Below are positions 17,756-28,786 of a stretch of DNA of 64,000 bases, piece by piece. This DNA is from Candidatus Bathyarchaeota archaeon B24 (lineage in GTDB: Archaea > Thermoproteota > CALKCG01 > B24). The position numbers were made by a program, and so were the translations under genes. Under the pieces are notes generated by a model, which made no database searches, was not told the DNA's origin, and saw only the letters and a list, made by a program, of their open reading frames with translations. The stretch lies in the NCBI GenBank assembly GCA_001593865.1, contig LUCB01000002.1, positions 25,277 through 89,276 of the forward strand, written 5' to 3'. The stretch's first letter is position 1. Each line of letters begins with the position of its first letter.

Positions 17756-17775
17756 GTGACGTCACAGTTATATAG
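17756..17775. promoter_or_regulatory. Perfect 10-bp palindrome GTGACGTCAC abutting a TATA-like box (AGTTATATAG) about 25 nt upstream of the V4R gene
   Basis: Read directly. Spacing fits an archaeal BRE/TATA for a leaderless transcript starting near 17792. Confidence 0.5.
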
Positions 17776-17791
17776 TGTGGTCGTCGTTTAA

Positions 17792-18628
17792 TTGGTAATG
17801 GGTCACGAGGCTTTTTCTAGGCTTAAACCTTTCGACGTCGGGAGGTTTCTACACCTACCTGGAAGAAAGATTTACGGAATTTCTATAGAGGTTTCTACAC
17901 CTACTCCCGGGATGCTTGAGAGGATGGCGGCGATAGCTAGGGAGCTTAACACGATAATCGTTTACATTTCTTACTCAACCCCAAGGGAGATCGACTCTAT
18001 AAGGGGCGTGGCCTTCATAGATTTTACGGAGTCCAAAACGAGGCCGGAGGAACTTTTGGAAAGGCTTCGGAGGCTACCTTTTGTTAAAAAGATGACGGTG
18101 ATTCCGCCTGTGTCGAATAGTTTCGTGGTAGACCTATCTAGTTTTCCCATAACGATAGGCGAGGAGAGGCTTGTGATATTCAGAGAATCCGGTTACAGAG
18201 CGCTTTTCGAGGAGATTCGGAGAAGAATAGGCGATGAGGCTGGAAGCGCCTTGCTCTATCATGTGGGGTTCAACATAGGTCTAGGGTATGGGCAAAGTCA
18301 TAGAAAACTGGCCGAGATGCTCGGTCTCAGCAGGCCTAAAGAGGTCTTCGAGACTGTGACGGTGCCGCTTGCTCAAGCTCTAGGCTTCAGTCTCATAGAG
18401 GTTCTTGATATGAGGGATGAGCCACCCTATCTTCGTGCCAGGTTCTACAGAGGGTTTGAATGCGAAGCGATGAAGGCCAGGGGGAAGCCCTCTAGTTTCA
18501 TGCTACGCGGGATGCTGGACGGCATTTTAACAACCCTATACGGCGTCAGGATGAGCAGTATAGAGCTTAAATGTATAGCTGCGGGAGATCCATACTGTGA
18601 ATACGAAGCGAAGCCGCTGAAGAAATAG
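17792..18628 (+). CDS. V4R (4-vinyl reductase) domain protein
   Basis: C-terminal V4R signature ...LKCIAAGDPYCEYEA, and GxG-rich small-molecule-binding core. Confidence 0.65.
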   Translation: MVMGHEAFSRLKPFDVGRFLHLPGRKIYGISIEVSTPTPGMLERMAAIARELNTIIVYISYSTPREIDSIRGVAFIDFTESKTRPEELLERLRRLPFVKKMTVIPPVSNSFVVDLSSFPITIGEERLVIFRESGYRALFEEIRRRIGDEAGSALLYHVGFNIGLGYGQSHRKLAEMLGLSRPKEVFETVTVPLAQALGFSLIEVLDMRDEPPYLRARFYRGFECEAMKARGKPSSFMLRGMLDGILTTLYGVRMSSIELKCIAAGDPYCEYEAKPLKK

Positions 18629-18759
18629 CCTGAAAGCGGAAAAGAGAAAAATCGTGTAATGAGTGCTTAGTCGAAATCTTCGCTGTGTATGAATCGACTG
18701 CGTGGATCAGAAGCGAAACTGTTAAATCGTAGACTTCGATTTAAGTTATCAAAAATCGC

Positions 18760-19164
18760 TTGGTGAACCTGTTGAGTAGGGATGTCCTCGACTACGTGGC
18801 TGTGAGGAACCCCGAGTTGGAGTGGGGGTATGAGCCTACAGGAGAGATGAGTGTCGTCATTAGGAAAAGGGGGCTTCTGGGCTCTAGGGCTAAAAAATAT
18901 ATTTTCGACGAGATAGGCTCTTACGTCTTGAGGCTTCTCGACGGTAAGAGAACCCTCAGAGAGGTCGCACATATGCTGGCTTCCACAAGGGGTATGAATA
19001 TCGAGGAGGCTGAACGTGCGCTAGTTAAATACGTCGAGAAGCTTAAAGAACGAGGGTTGATCTCTCTTCTACCGCATAAAGCGGTTAAAACCTGTGTGAG
19101 CTGTGGGGCTGAGATACCTTCCAACGCGTTCTACTGCCCCTACTGCGGTGCAAAACAGCCTTAG
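18760..19164 (+). CDS. PqqD-like small protein fused to a C-terminal zinc ribbon
   Basis: FDEIGSYVLRLLDGKRTLREVAHML...YVEKLKERGLISL (PqqD-like). C-terminal CVSCG...CPYCG. Paralogue of the 11707 gene. Confidence 0.55.
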   Translation: MVNLLSRDVLDYVAVRNPELEWGYEPTGEMSVVIRKRGLLGSRAKKYIFDEIGSYVLRLLDGKRTLREVAHMLASTRGMNIEEAERALVKYVEKLKERGLISLLPHKAVKTCVSCGAEIPSNAFYCPYCGAKQP

Positions 19165-19182
19165 CCTCTTCGGCAAATCTGT

Positions 19183-19842
19183 TTAAGCACGTTTTTCAGA
19201 CCCGCTATATATCCACACAGGCTGCTTGTAGGATTTCTCTAGGAAGGTTTTCAAAGCCTTTAGTATGAGGAGCGCCGGCACGACCGCTACGACGGTGTTC
19301 AACAAGTTGTATAGTCCCGTGAATGCTAGGGCGTAGTAGAGAGCCTCCAGGTCTGACGTTATCTCCAAGCCGAAGGCTTCAAGCGTCTTCTCAGCGAAGA
19401 CGAGGTAGTTTGGAAAGAGAACCGTGAACATCAACAAGTTTAAGACCGTCATGACCGCTACTCTAGATACTGAGGCTAGGCTTAAGCCGGCTACTACCAG
19501 GTTCTTAGGGTTCCCTCTTAAACCAATCTTTCCCACAAGCGGTCTGGCGACTATGAATCCCACCATCGTCGATAGCACGGCTATGTACTTCATAGAGGCG
19601 CTGAAGAGGTTTCCAGACCTAGCCAAGATAACCGCGAAGTGTACGGTAGCCGTTAACCCCCCTCCGACAGGTCCCATGACCATGAGCGCTAGGAAATCAG
19701 GTATCTCTGCGAAGTCTATCTTGAGATAGGGTAGTATCGGAAAGGGTATCGATACTTTCATCAGCGAAAGTAGACCGGAGACCGCTCCCAATATGGAGGC
19801 CGTGGCGACCATTATACTTTTAGCTCTCCGCAACCTTAGCAC
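19183..19842 (-). CDS. ECF-transporter S-component-like membrane protein
   Basis: 6 TM. IPFPILPYLKIDFAEIPDFLA...GPVGG motif resembles the ECF substrate-capture subunit. Confidence 0.45.
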   Translation of the reverse strand: MLRLRRAKSIMVATASILGAVSGLLSLMKVSIPFPILPYLKIDFAEIPDFLALMVMGPVGGGLTATVHFAVILARSGNLFSASMKYIAVLSTMVGFIVARPLVGKIGLRGNPKNLVVAGLSLASVSRVAVMTVLNLLMFTVLFPNYLVFAEKTLEAFGLEITSDLEALYYALAFTGLYNLLNTVVAVVPALLILKALKTFLEKSYKQPVWIYSGSEKRA

Positions 19843-19894
19843 CCCTTGGTCGACATCTAGAGAATAGCGAATTCTTACAGTTAAAAACCTGTCT

Positions 19895-20950
19895 CTAGCA
19901 TACTTTACCGTCGACTGCTACGTGGTATCTCCTAGGTGAGACCTCTCTAACTATTCTAGTCTCGGCAGATTCTACAAGCCTACCGGCTTCCAAGACGCCT
20001 CGACGGAAATCCCTCAAAGCCTGGTCCTCGGGGTTAGGCTCAGGATAGAACCCATAATAGTGGATAACGCCACCTGACGGCTTCAGGGCCTGACAGGCTG
20101 TTTTAAGGAAAAACTTGGCTCTAGACGGGTTATCCATTATAACCCTGTCGAAAACTCCTTTAAGCCCTTCATCCACCACCTTCACCACGTCGCCTTGAAC
20201 CGGTATAACCCTTCCCTGAACCTTATTCATAGCGATGTTACGCTTGAGGTATTTCACGGCCACGGGGTTGATATCCACGGCGTAGACCACGCAGTCGGTC
20301 ACCTTCTTAGCGATCAATATGGCATAGCAGCCCACGCCGGTGAACATATCGAGCACCCTTTCACCTGGCTTAACCATGGAGGCGACCCTGAAACGTTCAT
20401 AGCTGAGCCTGGGGCTGAAGTAGACCTTGACTGGGTCTACGGCGTATAGGCAGCCATACTCCTTGTGGACGGTTTCGGTCTCTCCTGAACCAGCCACTAC
20501 CGTATAATCTCCGACCCTGAAGTCTCCCGATATAGGACCTGTCTTAACCAGCACACTCTTAACCCGGGGGTAAACCTTCATAACGGCTTCACCGACCGCT
20601 TTGAGATACGGCTCGAGCTCCCTGCGATACTGGATTATGGCTACGTCGCCTACGAGGTCTAGGGAGGAGGGTATCGAACTTAGAACATCCTCTGGAACCA
20701 TATCCTCTAGAGCCTCTCTTATACTCCTCGGCCTAAGCCTAGGCTCGAACTCCTCCACGTAGACGAGAGGGTTCAAGCGTCTTAAGGCGTTGAACTCCTC
20801 CTCGGTGGGGTTTCTGACGAGGGGTATGGCTATATAGCCGTCGAGCCGTTTAACCTTGAAACCCCTATCTAGAAGACCAAGCTTAGAAACCGCTTTGAGA
20901 GCTTCTTCTCCAAGACGTTTTTCGACTTTTAAAGCGGGCTTCTCCAACAC
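19895..20950 (-). CDS. trm5: tRNA (guanine37-N1)-methyltransferase Trm5 / Taw2-family class I SAM MTase
   Basis: VLDMFTGVGCYAI SAM motif I. VYAVDINP. NPS motif region. 351 aa. Confidence 0.7.
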   Translation of the reverse strand: MLEKPALKVEKRLGEEALKAVSKLGLLDRGFKVKRLDGYIAIPLVRNPTEEEFNALRRLNPLVYVEEFEPRLRPRSIREALEDMVPEDVLSSIPSSLDLVGDVAIIQYRRELEPYLKAVGEAVMKVYPRVKSVLVKTGPISGDFRVGDYTVVAGSGETETVHKEYGCLYAVDPVKVYFSPRLSYERFRVASMVKPGERVLDMFTGVGCYAILIAKKVTDCVVYAVDINPVAVKYLKRNIAMNKVQGRVIPVQGDVVKVVDEGLKGVFDRVIMDNPSRAKFFLKTACQALKPSGGVIHYYGFYPEPNPEDQALRDFRRGVLEAGRLVESAETRIVREVSPRRYHVAVDGKVC

Positions 20951-21020
20951 TCCATAATATTTAGAGGAAGCTCGACTTAAACAAGTTGTGATAGAAAATT
21001 GGGAAGTATTTCCGGAAAAA

Positions 21021-22010
21021 TTACTTCTCTATCCCAGCCATTTTACGTATCTTCTTCCCGACTATCTCGAGCGGATGCTTCTCTATCTCGGCTAGGAGCT
21101 TCTTAAGAGTCGGCCTACCGGAGGCATCCTCCTTGATCCACTCCTCAGCGTATTTACCGCTCCTAACCTCCTCCGCGACCTTACGCATGTTCTCCTTAAC
21201 CCTGTCGTCGATCACCCTGGGGCCCCTAGTGAGCCCCCCATGTTTAGCCGTATCTGAAACCGCGTAGAGCATGCCCGTTAACCCCCTCTCGTATATAAGG
21301 TCCATTATGAGCTTAGCCTCGTTGCAAGCTTCAAAGTAGGCTAATTCAGGTGGGTAACCCAACTCGACGAGCACCTCGAACCCCTTCTTGATAAGCTCGA
21401 TCAAGCCTCCTACGAGGACGCACTGCTCACCTATAAGGTCGCTCTCCGTCTCGTCCTTGAAAGTCGTCTCTATGACCCCGGCCCTAGTGCAACCCAAGGC
21501 CTTAGCCATAGCTAAGACCGTGTCCTTAGCCTTACCGGTGTAGTCTTGATGAACCGCTATCAGAGCTGGAACACCGAAGCCGTCGAGGTACATACGACGT
21601 ACCAGGAAGCCGGGTCCCTTGGGGGCTACCATGATCACGTCCACGTCCGGCGGTGGAATTATCTGCTTGAAGTGTATGTTAAAGCCGTGGCTGAACCCAA
21701 GGGCCTTACCCTCAGAGAGGTGGGTGACTATGTGCTTCACGTACACCTCAGGCTGAACCGGGTCCGGTATGAGTATGTGGATTATGTCGCCGCGTTTAGC
21801 CGCCTCGCTTATCGTATACACCTCGAACCCCTCCTCCGAGGCAAGCCTCCAGGACCTACCGCCTTCTCTAGCACCTATGATGACCTTCACCCCGGAGTCC
21901 CGGAAGTTCAAAGCCTGGTTTCTACCCTGATTCCCATAGCCTATGACGGCGATAACCCTATCCTTCAACGGGTCGAGGGATACGTCTTTATCGTAGAACA
22001 CCTTAACCAA
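21021..22010 (-). CDS. ilvC: Ketol-acid reductoisomerase
   Basis: [20 protein letters not shown]-terminus. 329 aa. Confidence 0.9.
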   Translation of the reverse strand: MVKVFYDKDVSLDPLKDRVIAVIGYGNQGRNQALNFRDSGVKVIIGAREGGRSWRLASEEGFEVYTISEAAKRGDIIHILIPDPVQPEVYVKHIVTHLSEGKALGFSHGFNIHFKQIIPPPDVDVIMVAPKGPGFLVRRMYLDGFGVPALIAVHQDYTGKAKDTVLAMAKALGCTRAGVIETTFKDETESDLIGEQCVLVGGLIELIKKGFEVLVELGYPPELAYFEACNEAKLIMDLIYERGLTGMLYAVSDTAKHGGLTRGPRVIDDRVKENMRKVAEEVRSGKYAEEWIKEDASGRPTLKKLLAEIEKHPLEIVGKKIRKMAGIEK

Positions 22011-22027
22011 CGAGGATGCACCTCCGA

Positions 22028-22540
22028 CTATTCTTCGACCTTAAGCGATTTAAGCCCTCTGGACATGGCCACGACCCCTGTCCGGGCAAGTTCCTTGATG
22101 CCGTAGGACCTCATGAGTTCGACGAACGCATCGATCTTATCAGGCGAGCCTGTGATCTCGACTATCATAGAGTCCCTAGACACGTCTACGATCCTTCCTC
22201 TGAATATATTCGCGTAGTTCACCACGTCGCCCTTAGCCTTCGAGTCGGAGGTGTGAATCTTGATCAGCGCCAGCTCCCTGACGACGCTTCTATCCGGGTT
22301 AAGCCTGCTTACTTTGATAACGTCCACGAGCTTCTGAAGCTGCTTTATAACCTGCTCGACCGTCAGCTCATCCCCTCTAACAGTTATAGTCATCCTAGCT
22401 AGGTCCTTAACCTCGCTCACACCGACCGTTATGCTCTCTATGTTGAAGTTCCTCCTCCTGAACATGTTCGAGACCCTGTACAAAACCCCAGGCTTATGCT
22501 CGACAAGAGCCGCCAGAATATGCTCTGCCAAAAGAGACAC
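22028..22540 (-). CDS. ilvN: Acetolactate synthase small (regulatory, ACT) subunit
   Basis: Begins directly after ilvB. ACT-domain-like N-terminus ([21 protein letters not shown]). Confidence 0.85.
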   Translation of the reverse strand: MSLLAEHILAALVEHKPGVLYRVSNMFRRRNFNIESITVGVSEVKDLARMTITVRGDELTVEQVIKQLQKLVDVIKVSRLNPDRSVVRELALIKIHTSDSKAKGDVVNYANIFRGRIVDVSRDSMIVEITGSPDKIDAFVELMRSYGIKELARTGVVAMSRGLKSLKVEE

Positions 22541-22543
22541 CTC

Positions 22544-24244
22544 CTAGATTATCATCTCTCTCAAGCTCTTACCAGGGGGTACGAACGGTAGAACGTTCTC
22601 CTCCCTCGGTATCGGGACATCTATGACGACCGTCACATCGGCCCTTACGGCCTCTTTAAGGACCTGCTCGAGTTCGTTTAAAGAGTGTACCCTAACCCCT
22701 CTGGCTCCAAAGGCCTCTGCGAGCCTGGCGAAGTCTGGTATACCCTTCAGGTCCGTATGGGAGTACCGTCTACCGAAGAATAGCCTCTGCCACTGAGCAA
22801 CCATACCTAGGCTTGAGTTGTTCAACACCATGACTATGACCGGAAGGTCTTCTGTCACGCTGGTAGCTAAGTCCTGCTCGGTCATCAGGAAGCTTCCGTC
22901 GCCCGCTATATCGACGACAGGTACGTCCGGTCTAGCGGCTTTAGCGCCTAGGGATGCAGGGAACCCGAAGCCCATGGTTCCCAGACCGCCTGAAGATATG
23001 AACGTCCTAGGCTTTAGGACCTTGAAGTGTAGAGATGCCCACATCTGGTTCTGACCGACCTCCGTAGCCACTATAGCGTTCTCGGGGAGAACCTTACGCA
23101 AAACCTTAACCGCGTTCGCTCCCGTAAGCTCACCCTTGGGCTCGGTGTCGGCATACTCTTTCTTAAGCGTCTCAACCCTCTTAAGCCACTCAGACTTCTC
23201 CCGTTTCAAACCCCTACGGGTGAGCTCGTCTATGATGGCATTTAAAGCCCTCTTAGCATCGGCTACTATCGGCAGATGCACGGAGACGTTCTTCCTTATC
23301 TCAGACGGGTCTATGTCGATGTGGATTATCTTAGCCTCTGTGCAGAACTCATCCACTTTACCCGTGCTTCTATCAGAGAACCTGACGCCGACCGCTAGGA
23401 CGACGTCAGCCATCATTATCGACTTGTTAGCCTCTACCCTACCGTGCATGCCGATGCATCCGAGACACAGCGGATGATTCTCAGGTATAACGCCTTTACC
23501 CATGAACGTAGTGACCACAGGAGCCATCAGAAGCTCAGCCAACCTAAGGAGCTCTCCGTAAGCGTTAGACCAGTGGATCCCTCCACCAGCTAGGATTATC
23601 GGACGCTCAGCCTCGACAAGCAGGTCTACAGCCCTCTTAACCTGGAGCGGGTGAGGATCCAAGTTAGGCCTATACCCCCTTATTTCGACGTCGACGTCGA
23701 AGTCTATATCATCCACCCCTGTCTGCATGTCTTTAGGCAGGTCTATCAAAACCGGCCCCGGCCTTCCGGCCGTAGCGATATAGAAGGCCTCTTTAACTAT
23801 CCTAGGAATATCTCGAACACTCCTAACCTGGTAGTTGTATTTGGTTATAGGGGTCGTTATGCCGATTATGTCGGTTTCTTGGAAGGCATCTTTACCTATC
23901 AGGCTCGTCGGAACCTGCCCGGTTATAGCGATGACAGGGCTTGAATCCATGTAAGCCGTAGCTATACCGGTGACAAGGTTCGTAGCACCTGGCCCTGAGG
24001 TAGCCATACATACGCCGGGGCCACCTGTAACCCTGGCATACGCGTCGGCCGCATGCGCGGCGCACTGTTCGTGACGCATTAGTATGTGTCTTATCTCCTT
24101 TTCATCGTAGAGAACATCGTAGACAGGCATTATGGCTCCGCCAGGTATCCCGAATATCGTTTTAACGCCTTCCCGCTTCAGAGCCTCTACAATAGCCTGA
24201 CTACCGCTCATCTTCAACCCTACCACCCTCCATAAGCTTCTCAT
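22544..24244 (-). CDS. ilvB: Acetolactate synthase large subunit (ThDP-dependent)
   Basis: ThDP motif GDGSF...NN. Typical N-terminus SGSQAIVEALKREGV. The true start is likely the internal Met near 24211, since the annotated start overlaps leuA by 44 nt. Confidence 0.9.
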   Translation of the reverse strand: MRSLWRVVGLKMSGSQAIVEALKREGVKTIFGIPGGAIMPVYDVLYDEKEIRHILMRHEQCAAHAADAYARVTGGPGVCMATSGPGATNLVTGIATAYMDSSPVIAITGQVPTSLIGKDAFQETDIIGITTPITKYNYQVRSVRDIPRIVKEAFYIATAGRPGPVLIDLPKDMQTGVDDIDFDVDVEIRGYRPNLDPHPLQVKRAVDLLVEAERPIILAGGGIHWSNAYGELLRLAELLMAPVVTTFMGKGVIPENHPLCLGCIGMHGRVEANKSIMMADVVLAVGVRFSDRSTGKVDEFCTEAKIIHIDIDPSEIRKNVSVHLPIVADAKRALNAIIDELTRRGLKREKSEWLKRVETLKKEYADTEPKGELTGANAVKVLRKVLPENAIVATEVGQNQMWASLHFKVLKPRTFISSGGLGTMGFGFPASLGAKAARPDVPVVDIAGDGSFLMTEQDLATSVTEDLPVIVMVLNNSSLGMVAQWQRLFFGRRYSHTDLKGIPDFARLAEAFGARGVRVHSLNELEQVLKEAVRADVTVVIDVPIPREENVLPFVPPGKSLREMII

Positions 24245-25757
24245 AATCCACCAGTAAGGCGTTCATGCCGCTTAAAACTGCTTCGACGCTCGCCATGACT
24301 ATATCCCCCCTAGCACCCATGGCTGTGACCACCCTATCACCCCTCCTGAGTCTAACCATAACCTCGACGACCGCATCCGTCCCACCGGTGATCGCTTTGA
24401 CATGATATTCTTCAAGCTGCACAGGCTCTACGGCCGAGACAGCCTTTCTGATCGCGTTTATAGCCGCGTCCACCGGTCCGACCCCGGTAGCAGCCTCCGT
24501 GATAGACCTACCGTTTAGGCTAAGCCTTACAGAGGCCATAGGGGTGACTCTATTGCCCGTCACGACCGTAAGCTCCTCGAGCATTATGGGTCTAACCCTT
24601 GGAAGCCCTAAAACGGCCTCGGCTATCGCCTGGAGGTCCGCCTCCGTGACCTGCTTACCGCGGTCGCCTAAGGCTTTTACACGCCTTAAGATCTCTGTAA
24701 GCTGCTCCTTACTGACTTCAAGCCCCATACTTCTGAGGACTGCCTCCACGCCGTGGGAGCCCGCGTGTTTACCTACAGCTATCCTCCGAGACGCCCCTAC
24801 AAGCTCGGGTGATATAGGCTCATACGTCGCCGGGTGGGAGAGAACACCATGGGTATGTATACCCGACTCATGGGTGAAGGCGTTATCGCCCACTATGGCC
24901 TTATTCGGCTGGAGGAATATCCCCGTAAGCCTGGCCACGAGCCTAGAGGTCTCGTAGAGAAGCTTAGTCTTGACGTTAAGCTTACAGCCGTATAGCACGG
25001 TTAAGGCTACCACAAGCTCCTCCAGAGCCGCGTTACCAGCCCTCTCCCCGAGACCGTTAACGGTCACGTGAACCTCCTGCGCACCGTTCTTAAGAGCGGT
25101 TATCGAGTTCGATACAGCCAACCCGAAGTCGTTGTGGCAGTGGACGGCGAGGGGAACCGTTACGCTATCCGAGAGCCTCCGAACCATCTCTGCGGTCTTT
25201 TCCGACGTTAAGACACCCACCGTGTCGCATAGGCAGACCCTATCGGCTCCGCATTCGACGGCCTTCTTAAAGACTTTTTCGAGGAAATCTATGTCGCTCC
25301 GGCTTCCGTCCTCGGCTAGAAACTCGACTGTCAAGCCTCTAGTCTTCGCATATTCCACACACTCCTCGGTCCTCTCCAAGACGAAGCCCCTGTCCTTATT
25401 AAGCTTATACTTCAGGTGTAGGTCTGACGTAGGTATGGTCAGGGCCACGCCGTCTACTCCGGCGTCCGCGGCTGAGTCTATGTCGGATTTAACGCATCTG
25501 CTGAAGCTGTAGACGTCGGCTCTAAGCCCCTGTTCGGATATGAGCTTTAAGGCCTCAAACTCTCCCTTAGACGCGGCTGCGAAGCCGGCTTCTATGAAGT
25601 CGACCCCGAGTTCGTCGAGTTTTAACGCGATCCTAAGCTTCTTCTCAGGTGTCAATGATACCCCAGGTGTCTGTTCACCGTCTCTTAAAGTGGTATCTAG
25701 AAGGAGTATTCTAGACGGGAACTCGCAATCCGATGATAAAATACCACCCCACTTCAC
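24201..25757 (-). CDS. leuA: 2-isopropylmalate synthase / (R)-citramalate synthase family
   Basis: LLDTTLRDGEQTPGVSLT active-site motif. HxH. C-terminal LeuA-dimer regulatory domain. 518 aa. Confidence 0.85.
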   Translation of the reverse strand: MKWGGILSSDCEFPSRILLLDTTLRDGEQTPGVSLTPEKKLRIALKLDELGVDFIEAGFAAASKGEFEALKLISEQGLRADVYSFSRCVKSDIDSAADAGVDGVALTIPTSDLHLKYKLNKDRGFVLERTEECVEYAKTRGLTVEFLAEDGSRSDIDFLEKVFKKAVECGADRVCLCDTVGVLTSEKTAEMVRRLSDSVTVPLAVHCHNDFGLAVSNSITALKNGAQEVHVTVNGLGERAGNAALEELVVALTVLYGCKLNVKTKLLYETSRLVARLTGIFLQPNKAIVGDNAFTHESGIHTHGVLSHPATYEPISPELVGASRRIAVGKHAGSHGVEAVLRSMGLEVSKEQLTEILRRVKALGDRGKQVTEADLQAIAEAVLGLPRVRPIMLEELTVVTGNRVTPMASVRLSLNGRSITEAATGVGPVDAAINAIRKAVSAVEPVQLEEYHVKAITGGTDAVVEVMVRLRRGDRVVTAMGARGDIVMASVEAVLSGMNALLVDYEKLMEGGRVEDER

Positions 25758-25899
25758 ATCCCCCTGGATGAGGTAAAGCGCAAGCCTATTTTAAACCGGC
25801 TACACACATATAAGCTTTACCTTAGAAAGGCTAAGTTCAGAGCAAGACTTAACTAAGGATTTTCGAGTATTTTCAACGTATCGTTTAGGGTGTTTAACC

Positions 25900-27558
25900 T
25901 TGACCGGGTTCAGAAGTGAAGAAGTAAAAAGGGGTTTAGATAGAGCGCATCATAGGGGGCTACTCTTCTCCCTAGGCATAGGGAGGAAGGACTTAGACAA
26001 GCCGTTCATAGGCGTGGCCAGTAGCTACACCGACATCGTCCCCGGACACATGCACCTAAGACGCTTAGCCGAAGCCGTTAAAGAAGGTGTCTGGAGGGGT
26101 GGGGGAGTCCCGTTCGAGTTTAACACTGTAGCCGTATGCGACGGTATAGCGATGGGTCATAGAGGTATGAAATACTCCCTACCCTCTAGGGAGCTGATAG
26201 CCGATAGCGTGGAGGTCATGGCTGAGGCGCATAGGCTAGACGGGCTAGTACTGCTGACGAACTGCGATAAGATAACACCTGGGATGCTCATGGCCGCTGC
26301 TAGGCTCGACATACCCTGCATAGTCGTAACCGGTGGCCCGATGGGCTCCGGCAGGTGGAGGGGTGAAAAGACGGGGATACTTACGGTCGTGGAGGCCGTG
26401 GGTAAGGTGTTGGCCGGCCAGATGACCGAGGAGGAGCTTAGAAGACTCGAGGACATAGCATGTCCGACCTGTGGGGCTTGTAACGGCCTCTTCACGGCTA
26501 ACACGATGGCCTGCCTCTCGGAGGCGTTGGGCATGGCTTTACCCTACACGGCGACGATCCCGGCGTATTACTCCAGCAAGCTCTCTAAGGCTAGGGAAGC
26601 CGGTGAACAAGCGGTTAGGCTCGTCGAAAAGGGGTTGACTCCTTCTAAGATTTTGACGGCTGAGGCTTTCGAGAACGCCATCGTGGTGGACATGGCCCTC
26701 GGGGGCTCTACGAACACGATACTCCACCTACCAGCCATAGCGGAGGAGCTTGGCATAGAGATCCCCCTAGACCTCTTCGACAAGATAAGCCGTAGGGTTC
26801 CGCATCTGGCAAACCTGATAGGTGTCGGAGGGGATATGGACATGGAGGACTTCCATAGAGCGGGAGGCGTCCCCGCCCTGATGAACGAGCTTAGAGAGCT
26901 ACTACACCTAGACGCGTTAACCGTTACCGGTAGGACCCTGAGAGAGAACATAGCCGGGGCTCAGGTTCTGGATAGGCGTGTGATAAGACCCCTAAGTAAG
27001 CCCTTAAGGAAGGAGGGGGGTATAGCCATACTGAAGGGTACATTAGCCCCTGAGGGCGCGGTCGTCAAGGCGGCTGCGGTCTCAGATAGGGTTAAGGTGT
27101 TTAAGGGGCCTGCTAGGGTCTTCGACAGCCATGAGGATGCTTTGAAGGCGATAGAGGAACATGCGATCGAGGAGGGGGAGGTCGTGGTCATAAGGTATGA
27201 GGGGCCTATGGGTGGACCTGGCATGCAGGAGATGCTGATACCTACGGCTCTGATATACGGTATGGGTCTATCGGAAAACATAGCCCTCGTTACAGACGGT
27301 AGGTTCTCCGGGGCGACCCGAGGACCCTGTATAGGCCATGTCTCTCCTGAGGCCTATGAGGGGGGACCGATAGCGCTGGTCGAAGACGGGGATGAGATAG
27401 AGATAGACATCCCAAGGAGAATTCTAAACCTAAATGTTGACCGTGAGGTCTTAGAGGATAGAAAGGCTAGGTGGAGGAGGCCTGAGAGGAGGCTTAAGGG
27501 ATTCCTAGCTAAATACGTGAAGGTTCAAATGGCCAAAAGGGCTAAAGAGCCGTTATAG
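25900..27558 (+). CDS. ilvD: Dihydroxy-acid dehydratase
   Basis: [15 protein letters not shown] and SGGP motifs. 552 aa. Divergent from the ilv operon. Confidence 0.9.
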   Translation: MTGFRSEEVKRGLDRAHHRGLLFSLGIGRKDLDKPFIGVASSYTDIVPGHMHLRRLAEAVKEGVWRGGGVPFEFNTVAVCDGIAMGHRGMKYSLPSRELIADSVEVMAEAHRLDGLVLLTNCDKITPGMLMAAARLDIPCIVVTGGPMGSGRWRGEKTGILTVVEAVGKVLAGQMTEEELRRLEDIACPTCGACNGLFTANTMACLSEALGMALPYTATIPAYYSSKLSKAREAGEQAVRLVEKGLTPSKILTAEAFENAIVVDMALGGSTNTILHLPAIAEELGIEIPLDLFDKISRRVPHLANLIGVGGDMDMEDFHRAGGVPALMNELRELLHLDALTVTGRTLRENIAGAQVLDRRVIRPLSKPLRKEGGIAILKGTLAPEGAVVKAAAVSDRVKVFKGPARVFDSHEDALKAIEEHAIEEGEVVVIRYEGPMGGPGMQEMLIPTALIYGMGLSENIALVTDGRFSGATRGPCIGHVSPEAYEGGPIALVEDGDEIEIDIPRRILNLNVDREVLEDRKARWRRPERRLKGFLAKYVKVQMAKRAKEPL

Positions 27559-28786
27559 TCTCCCTTATCGCCTTTTTAAGGTACTCCTCTACGGCCTTAG
27601 GGAGACCTACGATACCGGACTCGAGGAATCCTCGGACTATCATAGATACGGCCTCCTCTTCCGTGAAGCCCCTAGCCTGGAGGTAGAAGACCTCTTCCTC
27701 GGATATACGTCCTATAGCCGCCTCGTGGGTGAGTTCCACGTCCTTCGCCTTAGCCACAAGCTCAGGTATAGCAGATATTACGGCTTTCTCGGACACTAGG
27801 ATGCCGTTACACTCAGTATGCCCCCTGACGCCGTCCATAAAGCCGACTATCCTACTCCTAACCACGGTCTCAGAGGAGTCTCCTCCGACGACTTTAGACA
27901 CGGCTTCGCCGCTCGTCTGGGGAGCCTCCAAGCGTATACAGGAACCGATATCCATTTTCGAGGATCCCGAGGCTAGGAGTATAGACGTCGTGAGCGCGCT
28001 CGACTCCTTCCCGATGAGCCTTACGACTGGATACGCTTGTATCGTATTCGCAGGTTTGAGTACGACGTAGTTGCTTATGAAGCGTCCTCCCTCTTTGACG
28101 ATCACGCCGGTCCTAGGTCTTATGTGAGAGCCCCGGCTCCAGCTATGTATCATCGTGAAGGTTACCGTGGCGTTCCTTCCAACGTAGAACTCAGAGATAC
28201 CTGCGTGTAACCCGAAGCTCTCGGGAGCCTGTGTGCATCCGGTTATAACGTGGAGCGTCGACCCCTCCTCCGCGACCACTATGTTGTGGGTCGTCTGAAG
28301 ACTCCGCGGACTCTTCATAAGCAAACAAGTCTGAACCGGCATCTCGGTTTTCACGCCTTTCTCAGCCACTACGACGTATCCCCCTTCCTCGTAGAGAGCC
28401 GCCACGGCTGTGAACTTGTCCAAGTCGACAGGAACGGCTTTCCAGTAGAGACCCCTTAACCAGTCTAAGCTCTTCAAAGCCTCTTTGAGGCTTAAAACCT
28501 TCACACCCTTCTTATGGCTTCGGCTGTACGCTACCCTCTGGTCGACCTGCAGATAACTTCCCAGAACGCTTTTTTCACCCGTATCGAGGCCTATGGACTT
28601 TACGATATTTCTCAGTCGTTCAGAGAGGTCTCTTAGGCTTTCAGCTTCTAAACCCGTATAGTCGGGGGTGAACTCGGAGGTCTCTAGGTCTAACCCGTAT
28701 CTAGGAGGTTTATCTAAGGCTTTCTCAGCCCTACGTTTGAGCTCATCTGTCAGAACCAAACTCTTCTCCTCGCCTTCTCGAAGCAT
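27542..28786 (-). CDS. sufB: Fe-S cluster assembly protein SufB (short archaeal form)
   Basis: [17 protein letters not shown]-terminal [25 protein letters not shown]. Confidence 0.8.
   Translation of the reverse strand: MLREGEEKSLVLTDELKRRAEKALDKPPRYGLDLETSEFTPDYTGLEAESLRDLSERLRNIVKSIGLDTGEKSVLGSYLQVDQRVAYSRSHKKGVKVLSLKEALKSLDWLRGLYWKAVPVDLDKFTAVAALYEEGGYVVVAEKGVKTEMPVQTCLLMKSPRSLQTTHNIVVAEEGSTLHVITGCTQAPESFGLHAGISEFYVGRNATVTFTMIHSWSRGSHIRPRTGVIVKEGGRFISNYVVLKPANTIQAYPVVRLIGKESSALTTSILLASGSSKMDIGSCIRLEAPQTSGEAVSKVVGGDSSETVVRSRIVGFMDGVRGHTECNGILVSEKAVISAIPELVAKAKDVELTHEAAIGRISEEEVFYLQARGFTEEEAVSMIVRGFLESGIVGLPKAVEEYLKKAIRETITAL

Noticed and set aside
24201-24244. 44-nt leuA/ilvB overlap
   Set aside because: It is most likely a start-codon over-extension of ilvB (internal Met near 24211 precedes the conserved SGSQAIVEAL N-terminus). 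It is not a programmed frameshift or fusion.
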